DNA of 64,000 bases, taken from contig OZ024746.1 of assembly GCA_964016885.1 (NCBI GenBank), positions 37,634,001 through 37,698,000 on the forward strand, read 5' to 3'. The position numbers and the translations under genes were made by a program. Shown here piece by piece: positions 37,545 to 49,464 of the stretch. The notes under the pieces are model-generated. The model ran no database searches. It was given only the letters and a program-made list of their open reading frames with translations, and was not told where the DNA came from. The stretch comes from Eledone cirrhosa (lineage: Eukaryota). Position 1 is the first letter of the stretch, and each line of letters starts with the position of its first letter.

Positions 37545-39594
37545 TCACTTACCTTGTTCGTGTGGTGAAGGGACAGTAGAACCGTCCCTTTTGCTGGTCA
37601 TGGGTGTTTCCAAGAGGATGTCAGTGTATATCCTCTTGGTAACCGTCCCTCTGAAGTCTACAACTGCGTTGGGGAATTTTTGTTTTAAAGGTTTGTATTG
37701 TCCTATTGAGATTTCGATGATGCTTATGTTTGTCGGGAGAGTTCTTGGTGTTGGTGGGGTGTAGTAGTTTTTTTCCGTGATGTCTGTGTGCTGCTTTATA
37801 TATTTTATGAGTTCTTTTTTTGCTATGTTTATGGCTGTGTACTTTTTGGGAGGAGGGGTGATTTTGTTGCCGTTTTCTTCTTGTTGCTGTTTGGTGTGTG
37901 TATCTTGTTGTGTTTGCGTTGTTGGTGTTTGTGGTGGTGTTGCTGCAAGTTTCCTTGCTGCCTTTACCCCTCTTTGTATGCCTTCGCTTTTGGAGGGTGA
38001 ATCTAAGGGTTTTTTTCTTTTTTCTTTTTTGTGCAGACTGTTTGCCACGTCACTCCCGCCTCAAACTCCATGTCGGATTTTGTGGCGTCTGGGAGGGGTA
38101 TGTGCTCCACGGCTGTTGGTGGTGGTAGCGGAGCCCTCTTCGGCAATGCTGTTGCTGGTGTAGCTATTTCAAATGTAGCTATTTGTGTTGCCGCTACTGA
38201 TGATGCTGCTTTAGTTATCCGTGGCCTTGGTTCGGGTGCTACGGACCTTGCCCTCCTACTCACCGTGGAAGGGGCTTCTTCGTGTGTTGCCTGTCCTGCT
38301 CTTGGTAGTAGCGGAACAGGTATTGGAAGGATAGTGGCTCTCTTCGGTGTCTTCTGCGGGAAAAAGGCCCTGAGGTGACCTTTCGACACACAGAGATAAC
38401 ATTTTGGCCGTCTTCCTTCTACACTTTAAGGGAGTTGGAGTCCTTCCTCGAAGTCTATGATATTAGGGATAGCCTCAATACATTCCTGGTCAGTTTGTAT
38501 AAGCATTTGCATGCCTATACCTGACCAGTTCTCTCTCCCTATTTTTTCTACTTGCAGCATGGTCGCCCTGTTCTCAATTCCAGCAAGAACAGACGCGGCC
38601 AGCCAAGGTATGGGCACGTCGGGTGGGACCTGGGTCACTTTGACCCTCACAATTTTCTGCCCGCAGTAGGAGGGCACCAAGACTAACTCCTCACTCTTTA
38701 GGGTTTCCAAAGAGTGAGACTTTGCTTCCTGGGGAGTGGCGAAAAGTACGTCTACTGTGGCGTGCTCTCTGCCTCGGGTGATGTGGGTTTTGCGTGCCCT
38801 GACGCACTCAAAAGCCTTTTGGATTTGAGCTTCCGTGGCTCTCTCCACTCGATGTGAGATTTTGCTTACGGTGTGGTAAGTCACCGTCCGTAGCTCCTGG
38901 TCCTTGAAAAAATCGGGTGGAGGTTTTAGGGAAACTCTATTTGCGCTTCTTGTCACCATGGCCCTTGCGACTGCCATCTCCTCCTCTGTGACTAACACTG
39001 TCTCGATATTTCGGGCGACACCTGCAAAAGAAGTGGTCTCTTTTTCGGCAGCACCACTATTGCTGCCGCTACTGGTCTTACTGGTGGTGCTGAGGTCGCT
39101 ATTACAGGTATCGGTGTCATTGTTGTTGTTTTCGCTGGTACAGTTGTTGGTGTTGTTTTCGTTGATACTCTTGCTGCTGTTACTGTTATTGTGGCTGTTG
39201 TTATTATTGTTGTTTTTGTTTTTGTTGATGCTGTTCCTACTATTATTGTTGTTGTGGCTGTTGTTATTGTCATTGTTATTGTCGTTCTTGACCTTACCGC
39301 TGTTATTTTTGTTATTGTCGTTCTCGACCTTACCGCTATTATTTTTGTTATTGTCGTTCTCGACTTTCCCGCTGTTATTTTTGGTGTTGTTGTTGGTGAT
39401 GTTGTTGGTGTTATTGTTGGTGTTGTTTGTCTTAGAAATATTTGGTAATTGTATATCTGTAACAATCTGTTTTCCTTTGTAATATTTTCGTTTATATTTA
39501 CCTCCGCTGGAACGCTGTCTTGTTGACATGCTGATAAAGTCTCCCTCTCTCTGTGTTGTCTAACAGCGCTCTCCCTCTTTTTTGTGTTATCCAT
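37545..39594 (-). pseudogene. Tx1 ORF1, frameshifted
   Basis: ORF pieces 38426-39529, 38003-38389 and 37545-38048; knuckle CYLCVSKGHLRAFF (last Cys lost); 3x 36-bp repeat encoding KNNSGKV(E/K)NDNN at ~39275-39385. Confidence 0.88.
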
Positions 39595-39810
39595 GTTGAA
39601 ATTTTTCAAAAAAATTATTTTTACACAAATACGAATACGACACCCCGTAAAGGGGTGCCGTATTAGTTACTAGTGAACCCCTGTATTACGTGGGTCACTT
39701 CTTCTAAACTTTTATCAAATTTAAATCTTGAATAAAAGGTTTAGAACGGTTGAAAAAGAGGTAAAACGTTGAAAAAGACTGGAGGCTATAAGAAGCGTGG
39801 CTTCACCAAC

Positions 39811-40030
39811 AATAATAATAATAATAATAATAATAATAATTTCTAGTATAGGAACAAGGCCAGTAATCGGGGGGGGGGGTCGATTATATCGACCCCTGTA
39901 CATTATTGTTGCTTTATTTTATCGACCCTGAAAGGATGAAAGGTAAAGTTAACCTCGGCCGAATTTGAACTCAGACCATAAATGGCCGTAACTCTATGCT
40001 GCTAAGCATGGCGTCCGACCGTCTACTGAT
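39811..40030 (-). mobile_element. SINE (family S1) with (ATT)10 tail
   Basis: B-box GAGTTCAAATTC, gaggttaactttacctttcatc, gggtcgataaaataaag, ggccttgttcctatactagaa-(ATT)n. Confidence 0.85.
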
Positions 40031-40929
40031 ACATATGCATATAATGCCAATCATTGTAAATTTGAAACTTACATGCAAAAACATATATATATGAATAAAG
40101 TAAGCCCACATCATAGTAGAGTAGATTCAAATATGACACCCTAATGATTTAGAAGTTGATCATAGGAGCGATAACATTAAGAAAGACATGGACACCACCA
40201 CATCATTTTGTCTTGGAAATGTTTGAATGTAGGTTTATAAGTATGCATTTTCATAAGATTTTCGGAGTTGTTTCAGTGGACTAACCGTAGGTACGAGAGA
40301 TGGTGAAGATCCTGGCCTCGGGTTCAATCCTGGTCATGAGTTAGATGTAATCTTTTTCAGTTTTTTCCAATCGAAAAAAACAAAAACGAAAAGGTTTACC
40401 GGCAACTCTACTCTCGAGACCAGGATCGGCCTTCACACCAAGATTACCACCGGCTAAGATTCATCCAACAAGGCCGCCGAGACAGCTACAAAAGTATAAT
40501 GAAAATAAATAATTATAAACCTACTTTCAAACCCAAGTTAAATAGATGAGGTGTGGTTCATGGATTTCCTAGAGCTATTAGTTATACTTAGGATGGACTT
40601 GTCAATCCTCTGGCTCTTTGGTAACGACTCTATTATACCTATGTTTGTTTAACTGTTGAATTAATTTAAGTTGATTATATTAAAATACAAATAATATACA
40701 TATATATATATACAGTGGCGGAGTTGCCAGGTTGTCAGGTTGCCCAGTGGCATGTTGGCACCAGGGGGCCCACGTTAGCATTGCAGGAGCCCACAGTAGA
40801 TTTGCAGTCCCCACTGTAGTATTCTAGAGTCGAAGAGAAAGAATATTTTAAAAAGATAAATAAATAAAACAATTCACCAAAGCATTTGGTTAACCAATTC
40901 CCCAGGGAATTAATAGAAACCAAAATATA

Positions 40930-41675
40930 TAATAGTGCAAAGGCTCACAGGCCAGCTCAACCAGCAAGGCCTTGCCTGATTTCATGCGGCCTCCAAACCC
41001 CGCAGTGGTGCCTGGCTCCATGCCTTTTTTCCTTCTCCAGGGGCACGCAGCTGCGTAGCAATAGCCTGCGCATCGGCGTTTCCGGCTTGGCCTCCGCGTC
41101 TGCGAGTCACACCAATGTCGCTGTGGATCCACCGTGGACATTTTCGGCCTCCACCTGCTTTTCTGACACCACAGTGCCGGCCGCCTTCCACGCCATGCTG
41201 CTCTCAACGAGGTCATAAAGCATGGCTTCGACGCTGCAGGCTTCCATTCCCAGCTCTAGCCGGTGGGGCTGGCCCAAGGGGATGGCAAAAGGCCAGATGT
41301 TATGAGAATCTTCCCGTTCTGCGGTGGCAAAACCCTCGTCTGGGACCCACTTGCAGCGACACTTTCTCCAGCAGCAACCTGGTACAGCCTGCAACTAACC
41401 CATGTTCTGCTGCACGTCGGGCTGTGGAGGCCAAACTCTCCAAATACCGGTCGCTCTCCGACAGGTTTGCAGTCGTACTCTTGGCAGTGGAGACTTCTGG
41501 TGAACTCGGCCATAGAGCTACTTCCCTACTCACCACCATAGGCGCTGAGCTGCCCAACCGCAGGTGTGATCCGCCCGAGTGTTAATGGCTCTTCCAGCGC
41601 GTCTCCCTTGTCGTCCACCAGGGAAACGCTTTCTCCATTCTGGCCGCCGGCGCTGTGAGGAGGCCATCATTATGA
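40930..41675 (+). mobile_element. CRE-clade non-LTR element, 3' fragment (restriction-like endonuclease region), frameshifted
   Basis: DGKRPD...GKTLVWD..TCSDT...EAKLSKYRSL...AVETSG...FQRVSLVVHQGNA. Confidence 0.82.
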
Positions 41676-41899
41676 ATGACTGTCTTGTCATTTTATCATG
41701 TACATCCGTGGTGGTTCTCTATCTCTCTCTCTCTGTAAACTTATGATTTCAATATTTTAATAGCTATTGTTTCCTTTGAAGATTACATATCCATAGTAGA
41801 ATAATACATCAGCAACAATTATAAACACACGAGTGGAATCAGTGGTTGTACATTCTACTAAATCTAAAGCTTAGTGTATTCATGCATGCAAACATACAT

Positions 41900-42060
<161 letters not shown>

Positions 42061-42084
42061 CAATAGAAATGGCTGTGTAGTTGC

Positions 42085-42598
42085 TATTTAAGGTAGCTTA
42101 AAATGGAGTGGGCGTAAGAAGAAAGCAAGAACGGCGGTGAGTTTTCCTCATCAGTTTTCTACTGGTGGTCTCGGATATTTCTACGCTTTAAAGAGAATAT
42201 ATCTACCGCCCAGAGCGTCAATAACTGGATAAGTTATAGGGAAAACGGAGGAGAGAGGGAAGGAAAACAAAAGGGAAGAAAAGAGAAAACACTGAATAAA
42301 ACAGTGAAAAAACAGCGAAAAAAACCCAACAAACCGAGTTGCTCGCACATTACTCGGTTTGTTGTTTTTTTCGCTGTTTTTGTCACTCTTTTCTCTTTTC
42401 TTCCCTTTTGTTTTCCTTCCCTCTCTCCTCCGTTTTCGCAATAGCTTATACAGTTATTGACACACTGGGCGGTAGAAATATTGTCTTTAAAGCGTACAAA
42501 TATCCGACACCGCAGTAGACAACGGATGAGACAAACTCACCCCCGTTCTTGCTGCTTTCTTCTTACTTCCACTGCATTTTAAGCTATATTTTAAGTTA
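42085..42598. repeat. ~510-bp imperfect palindrome (fold-back element)
   Basis: Arms of ~250 bp either side of a ~11-nt centre at ~42340-42351. Confidence 0.88.
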
Positions 42599-42642
42599 TA
42601 CGCCAGAAAGAGAGATAGTGCGCCATCAGTCAAACAGGGAGA

Positions 42643-43135
42643 ACCCACCAGCATATGGAATCTATAGCCCATGGAAGGCAAAGTAGACACACAATAATTA
42701 AAAGTATAAATCAAAGTGAAAATACGTACCTTGATAAATATCTAACACACACGTACAAATCCAACAGGATATGTTTCACCAACTAATTTGTTGACAGAAA
42801 TGATTAGCCTATGAGTGGTTTGGGCTGCCCTTTCTAGCAGCTCGTCCCGCAGAGTTCACTGGCTGCTGCCCTAGGCCCGCTGTGAATTTCTCTCTACCAC
42901 GTGTGGCTGGACGGTCGCTTTAGATTATTATAGTGTTGTCTGAAATGTTTAGCCTAACACACGCTGATGAACCATAGTCTAATCATTTCTGTCAACAAAT
43001 TAGTTGGGGAAACAGATCCTGTTGGATTTGTACGTGTGTGTTAGATAGTTACGTATTTGCACTTTGATTTATACTTTAAATGATTGTGTCTACTTTGCCT
43101 TCCATGGGCTATAGATTCCATACACTGCTGGTGTG
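42643..43135. mobile_element. Hammerhead cassette with an upstream partial inverted copy (Penelope pLTR-like)
   Basis: 42643-42812 is the reverse complement of 42973-43135, with a ~160-bp spacer. Confidence 0.85.
42954..43044 (+). ncRNA. Type I hammerhead ribozyme with full stem III
   Basis: CTAACACACG-CTGATGA-ACCA..CTAAT...ATTAG.TGGG-GAAA-CAGATCC-TGTT-GGATTTG-TA-CGTGTGTGTTAG; predicted cut after 43032. Confidence 0.88.
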
Positions 43136-43239
43136 TTATCTTTTCTACATATTGTATTATAAAGGGCTCGGGATTCCTTCTCCTTTGAGCACATTAATGA
43201 CAGGGAATAGCGAGAGTCTGTGGCTCCGTTAATTTATCG

Positions 43240-43278
<39 letters not shown>

Positions 43279-43344
43279 GTAGAACACTGGAAGGTAATAT
43301 CCGTAGTGGTAGAGCACTCAGTCCATGGGATGAGTTAGGTAGAT

Positions 43345-43568
43345 GTGGTTACACAACAGTTAGTTCACCATACCGTGAACAATTGTTTCACGTTAACGGA
43401 TCCTCAGCTCGTAATGGACATGGTTATACGGAACAGGGAGGACAACCTTTTTTTTAATTTTCATACAGTTCTCCTTCCTGTTCCGTATAACCATGTCTAT
43501 TACGAGCTGCGGATCCGCTAAGGTGAAACAATTGTTCTCGGTATGGTGAACTAACTGTTGTGGAACCA

Positions 43569-43569
<1 letters not shown>
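43345..43569. mobile_element. 225-bp palindrome with a hammerhead motif in each arm (43374-43411 minus; 43503-43540 plus)
   Basis: Plus: CGAG-CTGCGGA-TCCGCTAAGGT-GAAA-CAATTG-TT-CTCG. Minus: CGAG-CTGAGGA-TCCGTTAACGT-GAAA-CAATTG-TT-CACG. Confidence 0.8.
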
Positions 43570-43629
<60 letters not shown>

Positions 43630-43746
43630 AAGGCGGGTAAAATTCCCGAGATCCATGGACGAGTTCTCTCCAGCGGTCTCTGTCCCTCATTATCCTGCAT
43701 CTCCAACAGACCAGTGTCTGTCCTTAGGGCATCAACATATGTTAAC

Positions 43747-45757
43747 CAGGAGACTGGACTGGTGTAAATTCTTGAAAGGTTTATTATACTATGATCATTT
43801 CAATGACAGGGTTTCATACGAATCCGGTGATATCATCAGGTATTTGAAATATAACAAAGGAATGTGTAAAAACCATGGGTCCGAAAAATCAGAGACAAAG
43901 AGGAGGACTGACCAACTAGCTGTCTTCACCTCGGCCAGTCGCCCTCAAAGTGATGGCAACTCGATCTGCTAAGGACCATCTGGTGAGGGGGCGAAGTCTT
44001 ATAATGTACTACCACTCTCCGTCACAGAATAAAAAATAAAAAAAGTGGAAGAAAGAAAGAAAGAGAGAAGAAAAAAAAAGAGAAAAAAAGAAAGAAAGAT
44101 GTCAGCGTAAGGGTCACACTACAGTCAAGCTAGAAAACGCCGCGAAAAACGTTATTTTAAAGAATCTGTATTTTAACAAAGGCATATATAATGGGTGTCT
44201 GTATGGTCTAATTAGTGAACAACACTTTTGAACGTTAAACTTATGTTACGAGTTATAGGATGAAATTAAATTAAAAAATAATAAATTGAAAATTGGAAAA
44301 TAAATTTAAAAAAATAGTTAATGAACTTACAGAGAGAGTCTTATATGAAAAAGTTAATCTCGATAAGATATCAGGGTGAGATAAAGATTAAAGCCTTCGA
44401 ATGTGAATCCCAGCCAGCACCTCCTAACCATGTGTCAGCCAGTTTCAAGTGGTATCGTCCAGCGAAAGAAATGGAAATTAATTGTTCAGAGTACTCTAGG
44501 AACGTAGCTACACTAGGCCCCGGGTGTGCTAGCGGGAAGTCTACAATTTCGACAGGCCATCGTCAATACCAAACGAATACTATTAATTCACACATGAGAG
44601 GTTTATTTACGTGCCAGTAGTGGCATGATACAGCTGACAATTATGCCTCAGCCTAGAGTTTATAGGTATAAGTATAATATGGCGGACAAAACAGGCGGCG
44701 CGGCGGGTCCGGGGCAAAGCAAGACGCTCCGAGTAATTTCGTTTACCGAAAGAGGGGAAATTTATTTTTCCAAGCACTCAAGGAAGGCAGAACTTTCCGA
44801 GCGCCCAACGCGCAGCCGAGAAAAGCCACCATATCAATCGAAGGTAGCAAAACTCAATAAACAGTGCATATAGACTATAATTATTTTAAAGTCCCAGTTA
44901 GTCCGGGTTATAAGTAGTGTGGTTCTTTGGTGGGTAGGGGGCAATGAAAGGTGCATCATGACCTGAGTAAGGAAAGTTACAAATAAATAAAAGTAGGATA
45001 CAAATATAAAATACAAAGATAAAGAATACATTGATAAAAGTAAAACGTCTTCATAGCTAGGGGAGTGATGTAGTAAGAAGGAAGTATGTAAGAACATATC
45101 GGAGGAATTATAGCAAAGGTGAAATACAATATCGATCAAGTTGTAGTAAGATAATACAGGTTGTACATATAGATATAGAGGATGGAAGAGATGGAATGGT
45201 AACAGGTGGTACCTAGTCTAAAGTTCGGGTCTCCGAATTCAGTGTGAGACACAAAAAAAAGTCCCGAGGTATAGAGTAGAGAATTCAGTCAATACAATAC
45301 ATGTTTTAGTATAATACGTAGAATTTTGTCGGAATCAGAATATTCCCGACAGGGAAGCAACGGGTGGGCGGTAGACAAAGCACAGAGCAACCAAAATCCG
45401 AATGGTAAGTAGATCAGTTAATTCCATGCTGGCGGTAACTGTACACTGAAGTCAGTGCCGCTGTTCAATATTATATTTGGAAGTACTCAACATTATTGGA
45501 GCATTATTTCTTTAGGTTTGTTGGTTCACCACTGGATAGATTTGGTCATTCCGTATGGTCAATCTTGGTGTAATATTGTGGAGAGTACTCAACGTAGTGC
45601 AGTTCACCCGTCTTCGTTTGTGTAGTTGGTGGTGCGAATACGGAGTTAATTATAAATAAAAATAACAGGAGGCTGGACTGGTGTAAATCCTTGAAAGGTT
45701 TATTATACTATGATCATTTCAATGACCGGGTTCCATATGAATTCGGTGATATCATCA
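43747..45757 (-). mobile_element. ~2-kb element bounded by ~92-bp direct repeats with a hammerhead-like motif
   Basis: Repeats at 43747-43838 and 45666-45757; minus strand reads CTGATGA-TATCACCGGATTCGTAT-GAAA-CCCTG-TC. The interior has no recognisable ORF. Confidence 0.55.
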
Positions 45758-46250
45758 TCATATATATATTTTTTTCTTTTTTAATTTGTATATATATATA
45801 TATATATATGTATATGTATATATATATCGTGCAGTACTATGCGAACATGCCAGACAACAACACGACGGTAACATAGACAACATAGAAATTATAATAATAT
45901 CTAAACATAGAAATGAACCAGCAGATAGACAAAGCAGAAAGGCCAGCGAAATAGAACTTAGAAGGCCAAGGCTAAACAGAAAAAATGAATGGAATAACAA
46001 CACCCAAACAAACAATACTGACCTAAGAGAAGTATAAATATATAAATAAATACATACTCAAGCACAATAACAACAAACACATATAAACACACACTAGTAA
46101 ACCAAGGTAGAATACAATAACAAATACACAGTCACCCAAACACGAACACTCATCAAACACTATACATACACGCAAATGCATGCGCAGAGAAAACAAAAAA
46201 TAAATAAATAAATAAATAAACAGCTTAATAAAGATGGCGGAGGCATACAG

Positions 46251-46293
46251 AACAACTGACGATGTTGCAAATGTGCAACGAAATTACTTTGTT
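46251..46293 (+). ncRNA. Degenerate hammerhead-like motif
   Basis: AACAA-CTGACGA-T-GTTGCA-AATG-TGCAAC-GAAA-TTACT-TTGTT. Stems I and II pair; stem III and the cleavage triplet are non-canonical. Confidence 0.45.
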
Positions 46294-46491
46294 AGACTAT
46301 ATATATGTGTTTGTATCTATATTGTATCTGTAGTTTTGAGCGTTGGTCAGTAAATGGTAACATTGAGGACCGAATAAATTAAATTAACCGATACAAAAGA
46401 CACAGAAGCGGAACCAACCAAACAGTGAGTGTGTTCTGTTATTAATTCTGGCAATATTATTACACAAATATGATCCTCCCCAAGTATAACA

Positions 46492-46648
<157 letters not shown>

Positions 46649-47559
46649 CGAAATATACATATGCTCAAGTGTATTATACTTTTCGATGTCTAATATATTT
46701 ATGTTCGAAAATGCTGCATAAAATTATTGAGATAGAAAAATAGGATGTTAATGTTTAATTTTATATGATTGTACAAGTTCTCACGAACATACGCGCTCAT
46801 GCGCACACATGCACACTTATATATGTGTGTGCATGTGTTTGTGTGTATATCTCTATATGTATATATTAATATTAATATATACACATATATTCCAATGTAC
46901 AATAATATATGTTTAATAGCGAATTTTAACTGTTATTTGAAGCGTCACATAAGTTTAATAGCCCTCGAAATTATTAAAATAACATGGAATCAAAGAAGCA
47001 GATTTATTGAATCCCTATAGCATTAGAATATGTCTTAACATATTTCAATTTCCATATAGAGAAATTGTTTTCTTTTAAAGAATTGGATTGATGCATCTCC
47101 ATGTTAAATATTAGATTCCGAAACCATCACTCAGATGTGAAAATTAAGAAACAACGCAACATAAATATTTTCCGGTAAAAGAAGTGAACGATATTAAAAA
47201 TGGTGGTGTGTTGTAAGGTATAACGTGTTGACACCGGCTGAAACACGAGAATGAATCATGGTTTCGATTATCCTTTGATACAAATGAATGTCATATCCTC
47301 TTATTTCTCTTTTCTTGGTATGTAATTTTAAATATTTTATATACTCACCGATAGAATACTATACATTCCAAGAATAGATAGTATGGTACCATACACTAAA
47401 CATATATTGTATCTCTTATTCGCTTTTCCAATTTGTTTTCTTGTGTTCCAAATATAACATATACCATCAAATCAAAATTCCTGGATGACTTGTATTTTCT
47501 TCCTCTCCTTACTCTTCTTCTTCTTGAAAATAGCGCGTTTGGCTTTTAGACTTCTGATT

Positions 47560-48340
47560 AGTGAATTCTGAAGCTGGCGCATTACTGGACCAGCTCCATA
47601 ATTATTGCACTTTGTTTACTCGTGTACACATCCCCAAGATAGTTGATTTTCTCAACCTCCTTTAATGGAATTCCATTCCTATGTAGATTGCAGTGCGTCG
47701 GCTTCCTTTAGAGGATGGGTTTCATTCATGCCATGCAGCACTCGACAGCAACCTAACGAGTTCAAGTTTGAGATCAACATTTGTCGAGTTATGTAACATC
47801 ATGTGCTCTTCAAATATCAGCCGACTGGTTTTACACACATCAACCATAATAACACTTCAACCCGTCAGCGAATGACAATCCTATGCATGTAAATAATGAA
47901 CAGATGTGACAGTACGCATCCTTGGTGGAGTCCGATTCCCACAATGAATGATTTCGATTTAGCACCATTTATCCGAACACAAATACTCGGGCATTCATAT
48001 AATTGTTTCTACTTTTGGCACAAGGCCAGCAATTATCCAGTACATTGCTGGTACTTTATTTTATCGACAACAAGGCAGCAAGAAGCTGAATATCGATGCC
48101 ATACGCCTGCCTGACCTTTCACAGAAAGCCCCATGCGGTCATAAGCCTTTTCAAGATAGACCAAACAAGAATATACCTCTTGGAAATACTCGCACGATTT
48201 CTGAAAGACCTGCTGTACTGTGGATATCATGTCGGATGTGGTGTGTCTGGGACAAAAACTTCACCATTCATCAGCTAGCTTAGACTTGACAATCTCCCTG
48301 CCTCTCTTTGCCAGACAGTCAGCATATTTTCCTTTCAATG
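47560..48340 (-). mobile_element. Decayed RTE-like LINE RT fragment, interrupted by a SINE S1 3' piece (~48000-48068)
   Basis: SCLVYLEKAYDRM and VGIGLHQGCVLS motifs; the SINE piece matches 3255-3325. Confidence 0.65.
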
Positions 48341-49184
48341 TACATCTCTGAAATGCAACATATCTACTTTTCTTTATTCAATGCAAATCTCAAAAACCCT
48401 GAAATTATTGGCATTATGTGAAAATTTATTGAGCAGTATCAAATAGAAAAAAACCAAACGTAAAGGTAAAATGGAAAAAAGAAGGATTAAGTCACGCAAG
48501 AATGAAAGAGATGGGTCAGATACTACTCCCAACTCTCACCGAATGTAAACTTCAAAATTGTAATTTCTGAATTATCTATCGCAATACATTTGTTATATAA
48601 ATATATATGCGTGCCTGCGTGTGTGTGTGTGTGTTTGTATGTTTGTACGTGTGTGTGTGTGTGTGTGTGTGTATTGAATCTTATTTATATATATACAGTA
48701 TTTAATTGTTTAAAATTATATTCGATTACTGTGCAAAATGTTAGTGAAGGCTAAATATATTCGGAATATATTTCACAAATACAATAAATATATTCTCGTA
48801 TAAATTCCAACCCTTTCTAAATTGAACGCAATTATTGATTTTTATCTTTAGTCAGGATTGATGTAAAAATAGTCATTGGAACATATATGATAAAGTAATC
48901 AAAAAGGTTATAGCATGTGTGGTATTTCAGATATTTTGTGTGCGTTTTGTTCTCCTAACATTTGTAAAATTAATATTATTTTGTAAATCTAATATGCATA
49001 TTTCGTTGCATATTCTTTGTCTTAAATATGGTTTGAAATAATGATGTGGCGCTCTTAAAGAAGTATCATATTTTTTTTTATATGAAAGAATCTTTAACAT
49101 AAGCTACAAGCTAAACCGATTAAATCAACGATTTCTCTCACGTCATTAATTTTAATAGCATGAATAATACCGCGACACGCACAA

Positions 49185-49254
<70 letters not shown>

Positions 49255-49464
49255 GTGTATATAACCATAATGTAATTATTACATTTATCTTAAACATTAA
49301 GATTATTACAGAACTTTACTGAGTATGCTTTCGAAGATGTTTATACAATTGTTATTGAAATTTATATTTAATGCATACAATGAAAATAGAACATGCTTTG
49401 CAGATTCAAAACTCGAAATCAAAACAAAATTTTGAATATTGTTTACAATACACAAAGGAATCTC

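Larger units (their letters stand above)
33803..39810 (-). mobile_element. Full-length L1/Tx1-clade element, subfamily B
   Basis: Same architecture as subfamily A but a different 5' UTR and diverged ORFs. 3' end GCCCTTGTGGCCAATAAAGAAATC-(ATT)6; the 5' end follows (ATT)10. Confidence 0.95.
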
